Origin: an uncultured bacterium
GTDB taxonomy: Bacteria; Fidelibacterota; Marinisomatia; Marinisomatales; UBA2128
Reading direction: 5' to 3'
Assembly: GCA_964534955.1 (NCBI GenBank)
Contig: CAZHRR010000004.1
Span: forward strand, 1-42,159
DNA length: 42,159 bases
The notes beneath the pieces are model-generated. The model was not told the DNA's origin. It saw only the letters and a list, made by a program, of their open reading frames with translations, and did no database searches. This document shows positions 7,771 to 16,697 of this stretch, in pieces (within the stretch, counting starts at the first letter, position 1; each line of letters opens with the position of its first letter). The translations under genes and the position numbers were made by a program.

Positions 7771-8469
7771 ATGAACTTTGATCACTTCGAGTGCTTCAGC
7801 TTTGACTGCTACGGCACCATAATTGACTGGGAAACCGGCATATCATCCGCACTACGGTCAATAATGGAAACGCACGAAGTCAAGGTTTCCCATGATGACC
7901 TGCTGGAGTTGTACGGAAATGCGGAGACAGAAATCGAAGCGGGACCATATCGACCCTATCGCGAGGTCTTGAAGGCTGTTCTTTCTAAAATTAGTGATAT
8001 ACTTGGATTTGAGCCATCCCGTGATGAGTTGGAAAGTTTTTCGATGTCAGTGATGAACTGGCCTGCCTTTCCGGATTCCTCACAGGCTTTAGAAGCATTG
8101 GCGACTCAATATCGACTCATCATCTTATCCAATATCGATGATGACCTATTTCATTTTTCTCAGAAGCTGCTCGGAGTTGAGTTCGATCAGGTTTTCACAG
8201 CGCAGAAAATAGGCACATACAAACCGTCACGCCGAAACTTCGAATACCTAATCCAACACGCGGGAGTCCCGCAACCTAAAATCCTGCACGTCGCGCAAAG
8301 CCTTTTTCACGACATAGCGCCTGCCAAGGGAATGGGACTTTCGACAGTATGGGTCAATCGCCATCAGGGTCTCTCAGGGTCTGGGGCAACTCCTCCAGAC
8401 GAGGCAACGCCGGACTTTACAGTTCCTGATTTACGCTCTCTCGCGGTATTGACCGGGTCCATGGCATGA
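7771..8469 (+). CDS. HAD-superfamily hydrolase, type II haloacid dehalogenase-like
   Basis: FDCYGTIIDWE (the DxYGT motif), ILSN, YKPS and VWVNR are typical of the L-2-haloacid dehalogenase subfamily. I prefer the ATG at 7771 to the GTG at 7708. Confidence 0.8.
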   Translation: MNFDHFECFSFDCYGTIIDWETGISSALRSIMETHEVKVSHDDLLELYGNAETEIEAGPYRPYREVLKAVLSKISDILGFEPSRDELESFSMSVMNWPAFPDSSQALEALATQYRLIILSNIDDDLFHFSQKLLGVEFDQVFTAQKIGTYKPSRRNFEYLIQHAGVPQPKILHVAQSLFHDIAPAKGMGLSTVWVNRHQGLSGSGATPPDEATPDFTVPDLRSLAVLTGSMA

Positions 8470-8557
8470 CTGTAACTCGGCATAACAAATGCGTCTTGCA
8501 GACGCAGTAATCCGCACCGCTCACGCGGATAGTTAGGCCTAAAAAAAGGAGTCGACA

Positions 8558-9037
8558 ATGAATCCGTATAATTTCCGATTGTTTAAGCTGCTCACTTTAA
8601 TCCCTTTTCTCCTCCTGTTAACTTCCTGTACAGCAGGTGATACTCAATTCACACAAGATAGCCCAGCTGGTTTCTGGTACGGTCTCTGGCACGGAATCAT
8701 CGCGGTTATTAGTCTGATTATCCACATATTCAATGAAAATGTCGTTGTATATGAAATAAACAATACGGGAGGCTGGTACGATTTAGGTTTCTTATTAGGT
8801 GTAATATGTATCTGGAGTGGAAGTTCACAAGTGACTTGTAAATCTGCCGCGAATAAAAAACGTGAAAAAGAATGGGAAGAGATAGGCGCTAAAGTTGAAA
8901 ACAAAGTAATGGGTAAATTAAAAGAATGGGCTGAAGATGAAGAAAGCGCTGATTCTGGCAAAGACTGGGAAGAGATTGGTGAAAAAGTAGAGAAAAAACT
9001 GAAGCGGAAAATTCGTGAGTGGGCAGAGAAGGACTAA
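8558..9037 (+). CDS. hypothetical lipoprotein/membrane protein with a duplicated charged C-terminal repeat
   Basis: Signal peptide with lipobox LLTSC, two hydrophobic segments, then KEWEEIGAKVENKVMGKLKEWAEDE and KDWEEIGEKVEKKLKRKIREWAEKD. Confidence 0.55.
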   Translation: MNPYNFRLFKLLTLIPFLLLLTSCTAGDTQFTQDSPAGFWYGLWHGIIAVISLIIHIFNENVVVYEINNTGGWYDLGFLLGVICIWSGSSQVTCKSAANKKREKEWEEIGAKVENKVMGKLKEWAEDEESADSGKDWEEIGEKVEKKLKRKIREWAEKD

Positions 9038-9205
9038 AGCCGAAAGGGAGCTGTGATATAAGTAGAAAAATGCCTGACAATAAAATTAACAAGGACAAAA
9101 TAAAGCGCCGCTCATTCCTCTCTCTGTGAAAATGCCGGTTAGCTCAGGCTAGTCTTCCTTCTATTCATAAATCGTAGTTCCCGGGCTTAAGGGGAGAGGG
9201 ATCGA

Positions 9206-9241
9206 GCCTGCCCCTTAACGAAGGATGAGGTCGGGGTCAGG
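9206..9241 (+). repeat. probable GCCTGCCC-family element between convergent genes
   Basis: GCCTGCCCC-N16-TCGGGGTCAGG (CCTG/CAGG and CCCC/GGGG arms). It overlaps the hairpin TTAAGGGG...CCCCTTAA at 9187-9218. Confidence 0.35.
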
Positions 9242-9246
9242 TTAAA

Positions 9247-10395
9247 TCACTCAAAATTTTTCACTGCCGATCTAACAGACTCCAAAAAAGGAGAAAATGT
9301 CTCCACACTATCTTTCAATGCATCCCATGAAAACACGGAAAAACCTGCATAATCCGCATGAATCACTCTATCTAATTTCTCAGCTGCTGCTGTCGGTGAT
9401 TGATTGTATACAGCCAATCCCATAATGATGCTCCGGTTGTACTTCCCTTGCACTGAATTTTCTATGCTCGTCAGATTGCCCTGAAATCTGTCCATTCTTA
9501 TCTCATAATTCATGGGTACTACATAATCTACCAACCCCTCTGCCAGCCACTGGTCCCATTCCTGGAAGAAACGATTCTTTGCCACAGAAGGATTCGGCTT
9601 CACTGCCACAGAGAGAGTACACTCCGGCTTATTAACCATGACAACTTCGCTGCACTTCCGCATGAAGTCAGTTACAGATTCCCTTCGAATTCGGTCCCAC
9701 TCCGACCGAAGAAATTCTATCTCTTCTCTATTGCCAATGAGAGTATTGTCAGGACGAAACCCATAGGCTGATACAAATCTGCTCTCGGCAGCCGGATGGA
9801 ATCCATAATCAAGATCGACCAGACGCACATAATCAAGATGTATTCCATCCACATCGTACTGATCAAGAATTTCGACTATCACACTCACAAGATGGTCTGT
9901 AACACCGTCAACTGCCGGCGAAAGGAACCGGGGAAATCCGCCGTTCCCATTCACATAATTAAGCTCGATGTCAGTCTGGTTTCTTCTCGGTTCGTCTATC
10001 CACTCGGGATGAGCGAGAAACACATGTGTTGTATCACTGGGCAGCTCAGGACTGGACCACACCAGGAAAGTATTCAACCAAGCGTGGACTTTCAATCCAA
10101 GAGCGTGGCCTTTGTCAATAGCATATGATAGCGGATCAAAATCAGGATCGGTGAGAAAACGACCGCGTGGGACAATTTTACTGGAATAATAGGCGTCCCC
10201 TCTGCCTCTCACTTGCAGAAAGACATGATTGAACCCAATTTCTGCAGCTGTCTCAAGTACTCGATCAATCTCCTCCATTGATATCATAGAATATCGCACA
10301 ATCCAGAGACTCCGTATGTCAGATGACTGTGAATCGTTTCCGAACGAAATGGATTGAAGTAGAACAAAAAAGGCAACCTGGAAGGTTGCCTTCAA
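9247..10395 (-). CDS. glycoside hydrolase-like family 10 (GHL10/DUF187) protein, probably secreted
   Basis: LWIVRY..GFNHVFLQVRGRGDAYYSS..DPLSYAIDKGHALGLKVHAWLNTF matches the GHL10 pattern. The proposed TTG start at 10395 gives the signal peptide MKATFQVAFFVLLQSISFG. The track ORF reaching 10638 overlaps rplQ. Confidence 0.65.
   Translation of the reverse strand: MKATFQVAFFVLLQSISFGNDSQSSDIRSLWIVRYSMISMEEIDRVLETAAEIGFNHVFLQVRGRGDAYYSSKIVPRGRFLTDPDFDPLSYAIDKGHALGLKVHAWLNTFLVWSSPELPSDTTHVFLAHPEWIDEPRRNQTDIELNYVNGNGGFPRFLSPAVDGVTDHLVSVIVEILDQYDVDGIHLDYVRLVDLDYGFHPAAESRFVSAYGFRPDNTLIGNREEIEFLRSEWDRIRRESVTDFMRKCSEVVMVNKPECTLSVAVKPNPSVAKNRFFQEWDQWLAEGLVDYVVPMNYEIRMDRFQGNLTSIENSVQGKYNRSIIMGLAVYNQSPTAAAEKLDRVIHADYAGFSVFSWDALKDSVETFSPFLESVRSAVKNFE
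10362..10392 (-). terminator. intrinsic terminator closing the ribosomal supercluster after rplQ
   Basis: Minus strand AAGGCAACC-ttcca-GGTTGCCTT followed by TTTTTgTT, 35 nt after the rplQ stop. Confidence 0.7.
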
Positions 10396-10426
10396 AAAAT
10401 GATTAAAAGGATTCAAACCGCTGAGC

Positions 10427-10909
10427 TTATCCCTCTTCGGTGTCTGCTTCAGCAGCTGAAGTTTCTTCAGCTTCGGCAGCCGCTTTCTTCCTGGCTTCTT
10501 TCCTGCTCTTTTTAGCCTTCTTCTTATCGTCATCCCTCTTCTGAATATCCTCGACATAATCAACGAATTCCAGAAGGGAGACAGAAGCACAGTCGTTATC
10601 CCGAATACCCAGCTTGATGATTCGAGTATAACCACCATTCCGCTCGGAATATTTAGGAGCTATCTCATCGAACAGGATCTTCACCATATCGGGGTGGGGA
10701 ACTTTTTTCAACACCTGCCTGCGATCATGAAGAGTACCCCTTTTGGCTTTGGTAACCAATGGTTCGATAAAACGTCTCGCTTCCTTTGCCTTGGCATCGG
10801 TTGTCTTGATACGCTTATGCTCTATTAAAGCAATGGCAAGATTGGCCAGCGTCGCCTTCCGATGGCTTGCTGTCCTTCCCAGTTTTCTTCCTCTTTTCTG
10901 ATGCCGCAC
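10427..10909 (-). CDS. rplQ: 50S ribosomal protein L17 with a charged C-terminal tail
   Basis: MRHQKRGRKLGRTASHRKA... is a canonical L17. A ~40 aa K/E/A-rich tail follows the core. Confidence 0.95.
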   Translation of the reverse strand: MRHQKRGRKLGRTASHRKATLANLAIALIEHKRIKTTDAKAKEARRFIEPLVTKAKRGTLHDRRQVLKKVPHPDMVKILFDEIAPKYSERNGGYTRIIKLGIRDNDCASVSLLEFVDYVEDIQKRDDDKKKAKKSRKEARKKAAAEAEETSAAEADTEEG

Positions 10910-10920
10910 AGTTCCCTCGC

Positions 10921-11892
10921 TTAATTTTCGGTGTCGGCCATATATTTCTCTATATCCATCCCAAACTGCAGGCCCATTTCACCCAGTTTCTCGACAAGTT
11001 CAGAGAGTGACTTGCGCCCAAAGTTCTTGTACTTCAGCATCTCGCCCTCTTCCTTGGACACAAGTCCACCTATCGTCTCGATACCGGCTGCCTGGAGACA
11101 GTTGTGACTCCGAACGGATAATTCCATTTCGTCGATACTTCGTTCCAGAAGATTTCTGACTTTAATGATTTCCTCATCAACCTCTTCAGTAACTTCAAGA
11201 ACAGCTCCTGCTCCAGCAATCACAAACTGCTTAAAGTGATTAAGAAGAATGGTCGCAGCGTGATTTACACTGTCTGCCGGACTTATTGTACCATCGGTAT
11301 TTACTTCGAGTATTAGTTTCTCGAGGCTGTCTTTCGCGGACGATACAGGTTGAACATCATAGTTGACCCTGATTACCGGATTAAATATAGAATCGATGAA
11401 GACGGTACCAATCGGAATGTCCACCCTGCTGTGACTGTTGGCATCAACATATCCTGTCCCTACACCTATCTGTATTTCCATCGTGAAATCTGTGTCCTCA
11501 TTCATCGTAGCAATATGATGCTTGGAGTTCATGACCTTGAACTGAGGTGAAATATCCAGATCTTTAGCTATAAACTCCCCTTTACCGGTAAAACTTAATT
11601 CTACCTTATCAGGATTATTCTCGTTGAGTTTGAACCGAACCTCTTTCAGATTTTGGATTACATCGGCTACATCTTCCAGCACACCATCTATTGAGGTGAA
11701 CTCATGAAGGACTCCATCAATCCGAACAGAGGTAATTGCTGCACCGGGAATGCTGGTCATCAGCACACGGCGAATGGAGTTACCTACAGTAATGCCAAAA
11801 CCTCTTTCCAGTGGTTCCAGCGTAAATTTGCCAAACTCCTTAGTGGAGGACTTTTCATCAATTTGAAACTTGAATTCATTCTTTTTTGCCAT
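10921..11892 (-). CDS. rpoA: DNA-directed RNA polymerase subunit alpha
   Basis: GFGITVGNSIRRVLM and the C-terminal domain ELSVRSHNCLQAAGI. I chose the ATG at 11892, which lies after the rpsD stop; the track start at 11934 overlaps rpsD. Confidence 0.93.
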   Translation of the reverse strand: MAKKNEFKFQIDEKSSTKEFGKFTLEPLERGFGITVGNSIRRVLMTSIPGAAITSVRIDGVLHEFTSIDGVLEDVADVIQNLKEVRFKLNENNPDKVELSFTGKGEFIAKDLDISPQFKVMNSKHHIATMNEDTDFTMEIQIGVGTGYVDANSHSRVDIPIGTVFIDSIFNPVIRVNYDVQPVSSAKDSLEKLILEVNTDGTISPADSVNHAATILLNHFKQFVIAGAGAVLEVTEEVDEEIIKVRNLLERSIDEMELSVRSHNCLQAAGIETIGGLVSKEEGEMLKYKNFGRKSLSELVEKLGEMGLQFGMDIEKYMADTEN

Positions 11893-11911
11893 TCTCGATT
11901 TCCCCTTGTGA

Positions 11912-12529
11912 TTATTTCGAATAAAGTTCCACAACTAATTGAACGTTAAACATAGTATCCAGATGTTCACGATCAGGTATCTGATCAAACGTTCCAGAAA
12001 GAGATGCCTTGTCCAGCTTTAACCATGGAATGTCAAGATCTCCCCTAATCCGTTTAACTGAATCGTGTATCACGGACATTTTCCTGCTTTTCTCCCTAAC
12101 CTGAACCACATCTCCGGGCTTAACAAGATAGGATGGTACATTCACAATTTTACCATTAACAGTCAGGTGTCTGTGATTTACCAGTTGTCTTGCAGCTGAT
12201 CTTGTGGTCGTGAAACCCAGACGATAGACCACATTGTCAAGTCTTTGCTCTAATAGCTGCATGAGGTTGACTCCTGTCTCTCCCTGCATCTTTTCGGCCT
12301 TTTTGAAAAAGCGGCGAAATTGCCGTTCGAGAAGACCATAGGCATACTTCATCTTCTGTTTTTCACGAAGCTGCATCGCATAGTTAGAAGGCCGACGGCG
12401 GCGACTCTGTCCATGCTGGCCAGGAGGATAATTTTTCCTCTCAAGGATCTTAGAGATCTTTTCATTACCAAAAATATTCTCACCAAACTTCCTGGCAATT
12501 TTTGCTTTGGGACCTATAAAACGTGCCAT
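11912..12529 (-). CDS. rpsD: 30S ribosomal protein S4
   Basis: MARFIGPKAKIARKFG..., canonical S4 in alpha-operon order. Confidence 0.95.
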   Translation of the reverse strand: MARFIGPKAKIARKFGENIFGNEKISKILERKNYPPGQHGQSRRRRPSNYAMQLREKQKMKYAYGLLERQFRRFFKKAEKMQGETGVNLMQLLEQRLDNVVYRLGFTTTRSAARQLVNHRHLTVNGKIVNVPSYLVKPGDVVQVREKSRKMSVIHDSVKRIRGDLDIPWLKLDKASLSGTFDQIPDREHLDTMFNVQLVVELYSK

Positions 12530-12542
12530 TACTTATTCCCCC

Positions 12543-12935
12543 CTATACTCTGCGTTTCTTCGGTGGACGACAACCGTTATGAGGAATAGGTGTGACATCA
12601 GTAATTCTGGTCACTTCCAGACCAGCAACTCCTAAGGAACGAATTGACGATTCACGGCCGGGGCCAGGTCCTTTCACACGCACCTCCACAGAAGTCATTC
12701 CTAATTCCATGGCTTCCTCCGCTGCTTTCTCGGCAGCCTGACCGGCAGCATAGGGTGTGCTTTTCCGAGAACCCTTGAAGCCGGATGTGCCCGCGCTGGC
12801 CCAAGTGACTACATTCCCGTTCATGTCGGTAAAAGTGATTATTGTATTATTGAAAGTCGCCTTAATATGAGCGATACCTTCAGAAGGTACCTGCCCCTTT
12901 TTCTTCTTTCTCTGTTTTGATCCTTTCTTTGCCAT
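12543..12935 (-). CDS. rpsK: 30S ribosomal protein S11
   Basis: [18 protein letters not shown]... [13 protein letters not shown]. Confidence 0.95.
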   Translation of the reverse strand: MAKKGSKQRKKKKGQVPSEGIAHIKATFNNTIITFTDMNGNVVTWASAGTSGFKGSRKSTPYAAGQAAEKAAEEAMELGMTSVEVRVKGPGPGRESSIRSLGVAGLEVTRITDVTPIPHNGCRPPKKRRV

Positions 12936-12948
12936 AATTCAGTTATTA

Positions 12949-13335
12949 TTATCCTTTCTTGCCTACTGATGTTTTTCGACCTAACCCTACGGTTCTCTTT
13001 CTTCCCTTACGAGTACGGGCATTGGTTTTTGTTCTCTGGCCTCTGACTGGAAGACCTCTCCTGTGGCGTAATCCACGGTAACTGCCGATATCCATCAGAC
13101 GCTTAATGTTTTTCGTCCGATCAGTCCGGAGTTCTCCTTCTATAGTCAAGTCACCAACAACTCCTCGAATAGCCGTCACCTGTTCTTCACTCAAATCAGA
13201 CACACGAATATTTCCATCCACTTTTGCTTCTTCAATAATTTTCCCTGCTGTAGAATGTCCAACGCCAAAAATAGAGGTGAGGGCATATTCAACTTTCTTA
13301 TCTCTTGGTAGATCTACACCTGCTATACGTGCCAT
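12949..13335 (-). CDS. rpsM: 30S ribosomal protein S13
   Basis: [26 protein letters not shown]... Confidence 0.95.
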   Translation of the reverse strand: MARIAGVDLPRDKKVEYALTSIFGVGHSTAGKIIEEAKVDGNIRVSDLSEEQVTAIRGVVGDLTIEGELRTDRTKNIKRLMDIGSYRGLRHRRGLPVRGQRTKTNARTRKGRKRTVGLGRKTSVGKKG

Positions 13336-13338
13336 AGA

Positions 13339-13452
13339 TTATCCTTGTCTTTGCTTGTGTTTTGGATTACTGCAAATTACCCGAACCACTCCCTTCCGGC
13401 GAATGATCTTACACTTGTCACATATTTTCTTTACTGAGGATCTAACTTTCAT
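13339..13452 (-). CDS. rpmJ: 50S ribosomal protein L36 (zinc-binding type)
   Basis: Hand translation [37 protein letters not shown]. Too short for the ORF track. Lies between map and rpsM. Confidence 0.9.
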   Translation of the reverse strand: MKVRSSVKKICDKCKIIRRKGVVRVICSNPKHKQRQG

Positions 13453-13458
13453 TTCTCA

Positions 13459-14217
13459 TTATCCTTGAACGGCCCCATTACTTAAAATATTGCCACCTTT
13501 TTCGGTTACTACTACAGTATGTTCAAAATGTGCTGACGGTTTGCCGTCTTTTGTACAAATAGCCCAACCATCGGGTTTGGTGTAGATTTCTTTGGCACCT
13601 AGATTTATCATAGGTTCAATAGCAATACACATGCCGCTTTTCAGCCTCAAACCTCTACCGGGTTCACCATAATTCGGTACCTGGGGATCTTCATGAAGAT
13701 CACGGCCGATTCCGTGTCCTACCAACTCTCTTACTACGCTATAGCCCTTCTCTTCTACAAAAGTCTGTATTGCGTGACCAATGTCTGAAACATGTTTACC
13801 GGTCTTTGCCTGCTCAATACCGACATAAAGTGACTCTTGGGTGGTTTTCACCAAATCTTGTACCTCTTGTCCCACATTGCCTACCATGAAAGTCAGTGCG
13901 TGGTCACCATGATAACCGTTCTTTAGTGTACCACAGTCGATACTGACAATATCCCCATCCTTGAAAGGAATATCATTAGGTATGCCGTGGACTACACCAT
14001 CATTGACAGAGATACAAAGGGTAGCCGGATAACCTAAATATCCTTTGAATGCCGGTTCAGCACCCCGTGAACGGATGTATTTTTCTGCGATGCTATCCAA
14101 CTCCTTGCCGGTCATACCTACTTCTATCTTTTCACCAAGAAGATTTAGTGTTTCAGCTACAATCCTGCTGCTCTCTGCAATCTTATCCACTTCCCTCTCA
14201 CTGCGAATGGCTACCAT
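13459..14217 (-). CDS. map: methionine aminopeptidase type I
   Basis: 252 aa with CISVNDGVVHGIP, DCG, HGIGR and EPM motifs. Confidence 0.93.
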   Translation of the reverse strand: MVAIRSEREVDKIAESSRIVAETLNLLGEKIEVGMTGKELDSIAEKYIRSRGAEPAFKGYLGYPATLCISVNDGVVHGIPNDIPFKDGDIVSIDCGTLKNGYHGDHALTFMVGNVGQEVQDLVKTTQESLYVGIEQAKTGKHVSDIGHAIQTFVEEKGYSVVRELVGHGIGRDLHEDPQVPNYGEPGRGLRLKSGMCIAIEPMINLGAKEIYTKPDGWAICTKDGKPSAHFEHTVVVTEKGGNILSNGAVQG

Positions 14218-14218
14218 C

Positions 14219-15559
14219 TCAGCTCCTCCGCCGTCCGCGAATCTTACCCTTCTTCAGGAAGCCGTCGTAGTGTCTCATAAGAAGATGTGATTCCACCTGC
14301 TGCAGTGTGTCTAAAGCAACACCTACAATGATAAGCAGACTGGTACCTCCGAAAAATGATGCTAAGCTGTAATTGACATCCATAGTTTGCATAAGTAAAA
14401 AGGGGAACACCGCTACAAATGCCAGGAAGAAAGAACCAGGCAGTGTAACCCTGGTCAGGATGTTGTCAATAAACTCACTGGTTTTTTTACCGGGTCTGAT
14501 ACCGGGAATAAAGCCCCCATGCTTTTTCATATTATCAGCAACTTCCTGGGGATTAAATGCAATAGCAGTATAGAAATAGGTGAAGAAAATGATGAAAACA
14601 CCAAATACAAGCCAATAGAACCAATGATTAAATGAAAACAAACGATTTATCCCATCAAAGAAACTGCTGCCGCTGAAAAATGTGGCAATTGTTGTGGGAA
14701 GAAACATGATGGATTGTGCAAAAATAATAGGCATGACACCAGCAGTGTTTACTCGCATGGGAATGTGTGTAGACTGTCCTCCATAAACTTTTCGCCCTAC
14801 TACCCGTTTCGCATATTGAACAGGAATCTTTCGAGTACCTTGGGTTATCAACACAACAAAACCGACTATCACTATCATAATTCCCATTAGAACAACTTCT
14901 GTAAGAGGTCCACGGAGATCATTTTTTATTAGATCAACTTCTGTCAGAATTAACATTGGGATTCTTGCCACGATACCGATCATAATTATGAGGGAGATAC
15001 CGTTGCCAATCCCCCGTTCTGTGATCTGCTCACCCAACCACATGATGAAGATTGTACCAGTCACTAACGACACTACAGCAATAAATCGGAACCCAGCAAA
15101 ATCTGATGGCACCACCTGCATTAATTGATTGCCTACTGATACAGGATCCAGACTCTCCAGAAAAACAGAAATCCCATACGCTTGTAAAGTTGAAATCAAA
15201 ACGGTACCATATCGTGTAATCTGAGTAATCTTCTTCCGACCTTCTTCACCTTCTTTCTGCAGTCTCTGGAAATAGGGAACCACAACCCCCATAAGTTGAA
15301 TGATAATGGAAGCCGAGATGTAGGGCATGATTCCGAGGGCAAATAGAGTCGCCTTCTGAAACGCACCACCTGAAAAAAGATCATAAAGCCCAAATAACGT
15401 ATTGCTGTACTGCTTGAAAGCTTCTGAGATAGCATCAACATTCACACCTGGAATGGGAACGTGAGCACCCAAACGAACAATGATCAGGAGCATCAGTGTA
15501 AAGCCGATGCGCTTACGCAGTTCTGGAATGCTCGCTATGTTCTTGAACTTCTCCAGCAT
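14219..15559 (-). CDS. secY: preprotein translocase subunit SecY
   Basis: 446 aa polytopic membrane protein with ALGIMPYISASII and the conserved position after rplO. Confidence 0.95.
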   Translation of the reverse strand: MLEKFKNIASIPELRKRIGFTLMLLIIVRLGAHVPIPGVNVDAISEAFKQYSNTLFGLYDLFSGGAFQKATLFALGIMPYISASIIIQLMGVVVPYFQRLQKEGEEGRKKITQITRYGTVLISTLQAYGISVFLESLDPVSVGNQLMQVVPSDFAGFRFIAVVSLVTGTIFIMWLGEQITERGIGNGISLIIMIGIVARIPMLILTEVDLIKNDLRGPLTEVVLMGIMIVIVGFVVLITQGTRKIPVQYAKRVVGRKVYGGQSTHIPMRVNTAGVMPIIFAQSIMFLPTTIATFFSGSSFFDGINRLFSFNHWFYWLVFGVFIIFFTYFYTAIAFNPQEVADNMKKHGGFIPGIRPGKKTSEFIDNILTRVTLPGSFFLAFVAVFPFLLMQTMDVNYSLASFFGGTSLLIIVGVALDTLQQVESHLLMRHYDGFLKKGKIRGRRRS

Positions 15560-15999
15560 CAGACTATTGTTACTTTGCCTCCGGCTTTCTCAATTTTGTC
15601 TTTAGCGGATTCAGAGAAAGAATGTGCAGATACATTAATTCCGGTCTCCAATTCCCCTTCTCCTAATACTTTAACAGGAATGCTGTTCGTTTTGATGAGA
15701 CCTCTCTCTATCATCAAGTCAATGTTGATTTCTTTCTCATTCAAATCTGCCAAACGTCCGATATTAACAATCTGATATACTTTCTTGAAACGTGCATTAC
15801 TGAAGCCACGTTTAGGGACTCGCCGCTGCAGAGGCATCTGGCCCCCCTCAAACCACGGGCGCCTTTTACTGCCGGACCGGGAATGGTACCCTTTATTACC
15901 TCTGCCAGCAGTTTTTCCAGTGCCGGATGCAGGACCTCTCCCTATACGTTTGCGATTCTTTCTGGCGCCTGCTCCCGGCTTCAGATTACCCAACTTCAT
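15559..15999 (-). CDS. rplO: 50S ribosomal protein L15
   Basis: MKLGNLKPGAGARKNRKRIGRG... Confidence 0.95.
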   Translation of the reverse strand: MKLGNLKPGAGARKNRKRIGRGPASGTGKTAGRGNKGYHSRSGSKRRPWFEGGQMPLQRRVPKRGFSNARFKKVYQIVNIGRLADLNEKEINIDLMIERGLIKTNSIPVKVLGEGELETGINVSAHSFSESAKDKIEKAGGKVTIV

Positions 16000-16190
16000 G
16001 ACTGCTCCACTTCTAGAAGAAAACGGACAGCATTTACCATACCTCGAATTTGTGGAGTGTCAGCATGTGTAACAGTCTGATGCATCCTTCTCAATCCTAA
16101 TGCTGCTATCGTCCTTTTTGTTTTTGAATTGTGGCCAATTGTGCTCTTCACTTGAGTGATTTTCAATGATTTTGTCTTTTTTTTCGGCAT
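15996..16190 (-). CDS. rpmD: 50S ribosomal protein L30
   Basis: KSLKITQVKSTIGHNSKTKRTIAALGLRRMHQTV. Confidence 0.9.
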   Translation of the reverse strand: MPKKKTKSLKITQVKSTIGHNSKTKRTIAALGLRRMHQTVTHADTPQIRGMVNAVRFLLEVEQS

Positions 16191-16193
16191 AAT

Positions 16194-16697
16194 CTATTCA
16201 AATACCTGCTTTAGTGTGATACCTCGCCGATTTGCTATGGATACAGGATCTTGCAGATTCCGTAGAGCTACTTCGGTTGCCCGCACAATGTTGTTCGCAT
16301 TTGCTGAACCGTACCGCTTTGTCAAGATATCGGTAATTCCCGCTTGTACAACCAGCGCCCTGACTGCCTCACCAGCAATAACTCCTGTTCCGGGAGCTGC
16401 CGGTTTCAGCATAACTTTACTTGCTCCATATTTTCCAACGATTTTATGAGGAATCGTCCCTTTAATGACAGGTACACGGAACAAATTCTTTTTCGCATCT
16501 TCCTTTGACTTAGTAATTGCTGCTATTACCTCATTAGCCTTACCATGGCCTAAACCTACATGTCCGTTGCCGTCACCAACTGCTACAAGGGCGTTAAATC
16601 TGAATCTGCGACCGCCCGCAACTACTTTGGCAACCCTGTTGATACGTACAACAGTCTCTTCCTGAAGATCCAGTTCTGTGGGATCAATGTTATTCAA
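16194..16697 (-). CDS. rpsE: 30S ribosomal protein S5
   Basis: [27 protein letters not shown]... Confidence 0.95.
   Translation of the reverse strand: MNNIDPTELDLQEETVVRINRVAKVVAGGRRFRFNALVAVGDGNGHVGLGHGKANEVIAAITKSKEDAKKNLFRVPVIKGTIPHKIVGKYGASKVMLKPAAPGTGVIAGEAVRALVVQAGITDILTKRYGSANANNIVRATEVALRNLQDPVSIANRRGITLKQVFE

Noticed and set aside
9139-9200. tRNA-like string GCCGGTTAGCTCAGGCTAG...
   Set aside because: Only the D-arm-like TAGCTCAG is present. There is no T arm (GTTCRANYC), no pairing acceptor stem and no anticodon arm that I can fold.
10396-10638. N-terminal 81 codons of the 463 aa ORF 9247-10638
   Set aside because: This stretch overlaps the 3' end of rplQ in another frame and crosses the rplQ terminator. 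Its Arg/Lys-rich peptide is a frame-shifted reading of the L17 tail. The GHL10 homology begins downstream.
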